From positions 6,203 through 70,202 of the forward strand of contig JBGCGC010000035.1 of the NCBI GenBank assembly GCA_045110475.1: 64,000 bases of DNA. The letters run 5' to 3'. Under the pieces are notes generated by a model. That model worked only from the letters and a program-made list of their open reading frames with translations, was not told where the DNA came from and searched no databases. The position numbers were made by a program, and so were the translations under genes. Numbering within the stretch: the first letter of the stretch is position 1; each line of letters starts with the position of its first letter. This document shows, one piece after another, positions 61,129 to 64,000 of this stretch. This stretch comes from Granulosicoccus sp. Lineage in GTDB: Bacteria > Pseudomonadota > Gammaproteobacteria > Granulosicoccales > Granulosicoccaceae.

Positions 61129-62193
61129 CTACAACAATGATACCGGCTGACCCGACTTGACGCTCTCATCAGCGGCAATGCAGATTCTCAGCGATTGCAC
61201 AGCATCACGCCAATGCCTTACCAGATTTACATCGTTGACAATGGCATCATACAAGTACGCCTGCTCACGATTACAAAGTGCTTGATGATCAGGCTCGTCT
61301 GCCATATCCAGCAGAGTATCCTCCTTGGCAAAACCACCATCAACGTCAAGCTCGCTTCTATGTATCCGTATCTGTGATGTGCGGGTATGAGTGTCGATAT
61401 CATCAGAACGCGCAGCTTCATCCATTACAATGGATACCGCCCCGTTGGGCGAGATAATATCCTTAACAAAAAACGCACTTTCGGACATCATTGGCCCCCA
61501 GCCCGCCTCGTACCAGCCAACCGAATCATCATCAAAACGTACCTGAAAGTGCCCATAATTGTACATGTGCTCTGGCACTTCGTCGGTCAGGCGCAGACCC
61601 ATACCACTGACATGTACAGGCATGGCATCAGTAATCTGACACATGACATCGACATAGTGCACACCACAATCAACCAGTGGTGAGGTGGATTGCATGAGCT
61701 GACGATGGGTTTGCCAGGTAGCACCCGAAGATTGCTGATTCAGGTTTAACCGGAACACAAACGGACCCCCAAGAGCACGTGCCTCCTTGATCAATTTTAT
61801 CCAAGATGGGTGGTGCCTGAGTATGTACCCCACCACCAGCTTTTTACCATTTCGCACAGCTGCATCAACCACACGTTGTGCATCGACCACGCTGGTGGCC
61901 ATGGGTTTCTCCAAAAAAACATGCTTGCCTTTGTCAAGCGCCGCAATAGCATAGTCCGCATGTGAATCTGAATACGTGTTGATAGATACAACATCGCAGT
62001 CAACGTTGGCCAACGCATCATGAAAGTCGTTAAACAAAGGCAGATGGGCCAGTTCATCCACAAGCTCGGGCGTGGATCGATTCACCAGAGCAACAACGTC
62101 AAAACCCGGATGATGAAAACAGGCGATAGCATGGCTTTTGCCCATGTTGCCAATGCCTGCAATCAGAATTTTCAATGGCGGGATCTGGCTCAT
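61129..62193 (-). CDS. Gfo/Idh/MocA-family oxidoreductase
   Basis: GIGNMG, HVFLEKP, DCGVHYVD. Confidence 0.92.
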   Translation of the reverse strand: MSQIPPLKILIAGIGNMGKSHAIACFHHPGFDVVALVNRSTPELVDELAHLPLFNDFHDALANVDCDVVSINTYSDSHADYAIAALDKGKHVFLEKPMATSVVDAQRVVDAAVRNGKKLVVGYILRHHPSWIKLIKEARALGGPFVFRLNLNQQSSGATWQTHRQLMQSTSPLVDCGVHYVDVMCQITDAMPVHVSGMGLRLTDEVPEHMYNYGHFQVRFDDDSVGWYEAGWGPMMSESAFFVKDIISPNGAVSIVMDEAARSDDIDTHTRTSQIRIHRSELDVDGGFAKEDTLLDMADEPDHQALCNREQAYLYDAIVNDVNLVRHWRDAVQSLRICIAADESVKSGQPVSLL

Positions 62194-62232
62194 GATATTT
62201 TTCCAGGTATCTATTGCTTAGTGAGCATGAAT

Positions 62233-63222
62233 TTACGTTAGTGGAAAATAGCACGCAACCTTATGACCGTCAGTTAGCTTCAACTCAGGAGCCTGGGTCT
62301 GGCAACGCGATTCTGAGAGCCAGCAACGCGGATGGAATGCGCAACCTGCGGGCGGAGTGAGCGGCGATGGCAGCTCACCTTCCAGACGTATGCGTTTTCG
62401 TGCGCGCATCGGGTCTGCCACAGGCGTTGCTGACAACAGAGCTTGCGTGTATGGATGCTGAGGGGATGAAAAAACCGCCTCTGCCGTACCTGATTCCACC
62501 ACACGGCCAAGGTACATCACCATGACATCGTCTGCCATATGGCGCACCACCGATAGATCATGCGAGATAAACAGATAGGCCAGGTTAAAGCGATCCTGCA
62601 GATCGACCAACAGATTCAGTATCTGCGATTGAATGGACAGATCCAGCGCGGATACAGGCTCATCCAGCACCAGAACACGCGGGTTTAGCATCAGCGCACG
62701 AGCAACGGCAATACGCTGGCGTTGCCCTCCGGAAAACATGTGCGGGTAGCGCTCGTAGTGCTCGGGACGCAAGCCCGTAAACCCAAGCATCTCGCGAGCT
62801 TTTGCCTCGCGCTGCGGGGATGGAATATCTGGCCGATTGATCAGCAACGGCTCTTCAAGGATACGTCCGATAGTTTGCCGAGGGTTAAGCGAACCGAAAG
62901 GATCCTGAAAGACGATCTGCACCGAGGCTCTGAGCTTCGCTCGCTGATCAACATCCAGTGTGTTGTCAGCGCTGATCTCATGACCATCCAGATTAAGGGC
63001 TCCGGAACTGGGCGATTCGATCATGGTCACCACCCGCGCCAGTGTGGATTTTCCACAGCCCGATTCACCGACAACGGCCAGCGTCTTGCCGGCACTCAAT
63101 TCAAAACTTGCATCTCTCAAGGCCTTCACCGAGGCACGCTTGCCAAACAGCCCCCCCGGCACCTCATAATATCGGCTGAGATTGCTGGCACTTATTAATG
63201 GCGCAGGCACCTCGTTGCTCAT
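62233..63222 (-). CDS. dppF: Dipeptide/oligopeptide ABC ATP-binding protein
   Basis: [38 protein letters not shown]. Confidence 0.88.
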   Translation of the reverse strand: MSNEVPAPLISASNLSRYYEVPGGLFGKRASVKALRDASFELSAGKTLAVVGESGCGKSTLARVVTMIESPSSGALNLDGHEISADNTLDVDQRAKLRASVQIVFQDPFGSLNPRQTIGRILEEPLLINRPDIPSPQREAKAREMLGFTGLRPEHYERYPHMFSGGQRQRIAVARALMLNPRVLVLDEPVSALDLSIQSQILNLLVDLQDRFNLAYLFISHDLSVVRHMADDVMVMYLGRVVESGTAEAVFSSPQHPYTQALLSATPVADPMRARKRIRLEGELPSPLTPPAGCAFHPRCWLSESRCQTQAPELKLTDGHKVACYFPLT

Positions 63223-64000
63223 GTAGGTGCCTCAGCTTGTGCAAGCGGCAGCCCATCGGACAAGGGGTAATGACAACGCGCCTTCCCGAGTTGCAATGTC
63301 TGCGGTTTGGGTGGAACCGAGCGGCAATGATCGTCGGCAAAGAGACAACGTGGCGAGAACAGGCAACCAGTGGGCCTGTCAAACTGCCCCGGTACGACAC
63401 CCGGAATGCTGGGTAATTTGCGGCTCGTGGATCTTTCTGGCAGTGCTGAAAGCAAGGCATGTGTATAGGGATGATGTGCGTTGGCAAATAGGGAACGCAC
63501 ATCCTGCTCTTCAACCTTCTGACCTGCGTACTGTACGCTGACACGTTGGGCAGTTTCTGCAACCACACCCATATCATGGGTGATCAATATCAGTGCCATG
63601 CCAGTCGATTGCTGCAGTTCTAGCAGAAGCTCGAGAATCTGGGCCTGAATGGTCACATCCAGTGCGGTTGTGGGCTCATCAGCTATCAGTAGTTTGGGCT
63701 TGCAGGCAATTGCCATGGCAATCATTACGCGTTGAGACATACCACCAGAGAGTTGATGTGGAAATGCTCTCAACCGGCATTCAGGATCAGGAAGGCCTAC
63801 ATGTTCCAACAGCTCAACCGCCCTTTTCTGTCGCTGGGACCGCGATAATGAGAGATGCGTTTTCAGCGCTTCACGAAGCTGAAATCCAATCGTGAAACAC
63901 GGATTGAGGCTGGTCATGGGCTCCTGAAAAATCATGGATACATCCCGACCAACAATAGCTCGACGTTCAGCGGCGCTCACGCGCAATAAATCCTTGCCAT
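63219..64000 (-). CDS. dppD: Dipeptide/oligopeptide ABC ATP-binding protein (5' end outside window)
   Basis: [44 protein letters not shown]; the frame is open to the window edge. Confidence 0.88.
   Translation of the reverse strand, partial: GKDLLRVSAAERRAIVGRDVSMIFQEPMTSLNPCFTIGFQLREALKTHLSLSRSQRQKRAVELLEHVGLPDPECRLRAFPHQLSGGMSQRVMIAMAIACKPKLLIADEPTTALDVTIQAQILELLLELQQSTGMALILITHDMGVVAETAQRVSVQYAGQKVEEQDVRSLFANAHHPYTHALLSALPERSTSRKLPSIPGVVPGQFDRPTGCLFSPRCLFADDHCRSVPPKPQTLQLGKARCHYPLSDGLPLAQAEAPT

Overview
A 64-kb chromosomal segment from a gammaproteobacterium. The gene order dcd-apbC-metG-rnfABCDGE and SPOR-argS-priA supports this; a marine Granulosicoccus-like host is only my guess from the many acidic lipoproteins. 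Positions 1-32 kb are mostly housekeeping: rppH, dcd, apbC, metG, rnf operon, L,D-transpeptidase, mazG, hrpA, argS, priA, a three-gene transhydrogenase and hemH. This part also holds a small accessory islet and a RAYT-type HUH transposase with a structured leader. Positions 32-52 kb form an all-minus-strand signalling/export block: REC-GGDEF-EAL protein, hybrid kinase with two Hpt domains, a four-gene module (DxDxDG/peptidoglycan-binding lipoprotein, HEAT protein, GAF-like membrane-fusion protein, wHTH-M50 protease-membrane-fusion protein), a receptor-less cheA-W-Y-B-R-X cluster, a second cheB, and a stand-alone DHp-like/receiver pair. Positions 53-64 kb carry an amino-sugar (murQ/nagA/kinase/ABC) cluster and the end of a dpp operon. 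The two strongest leads are (i) a DARS-like DnaA-box triplet with an IHF consensus site just upstream of priA and (ii) the M50-protease/dual-adaptor module with no ABC/RND pump or TolC beside it. I found no rRNA, tRNA or CRISPR array. All calls come from reading motifs by eye; no searches were run.
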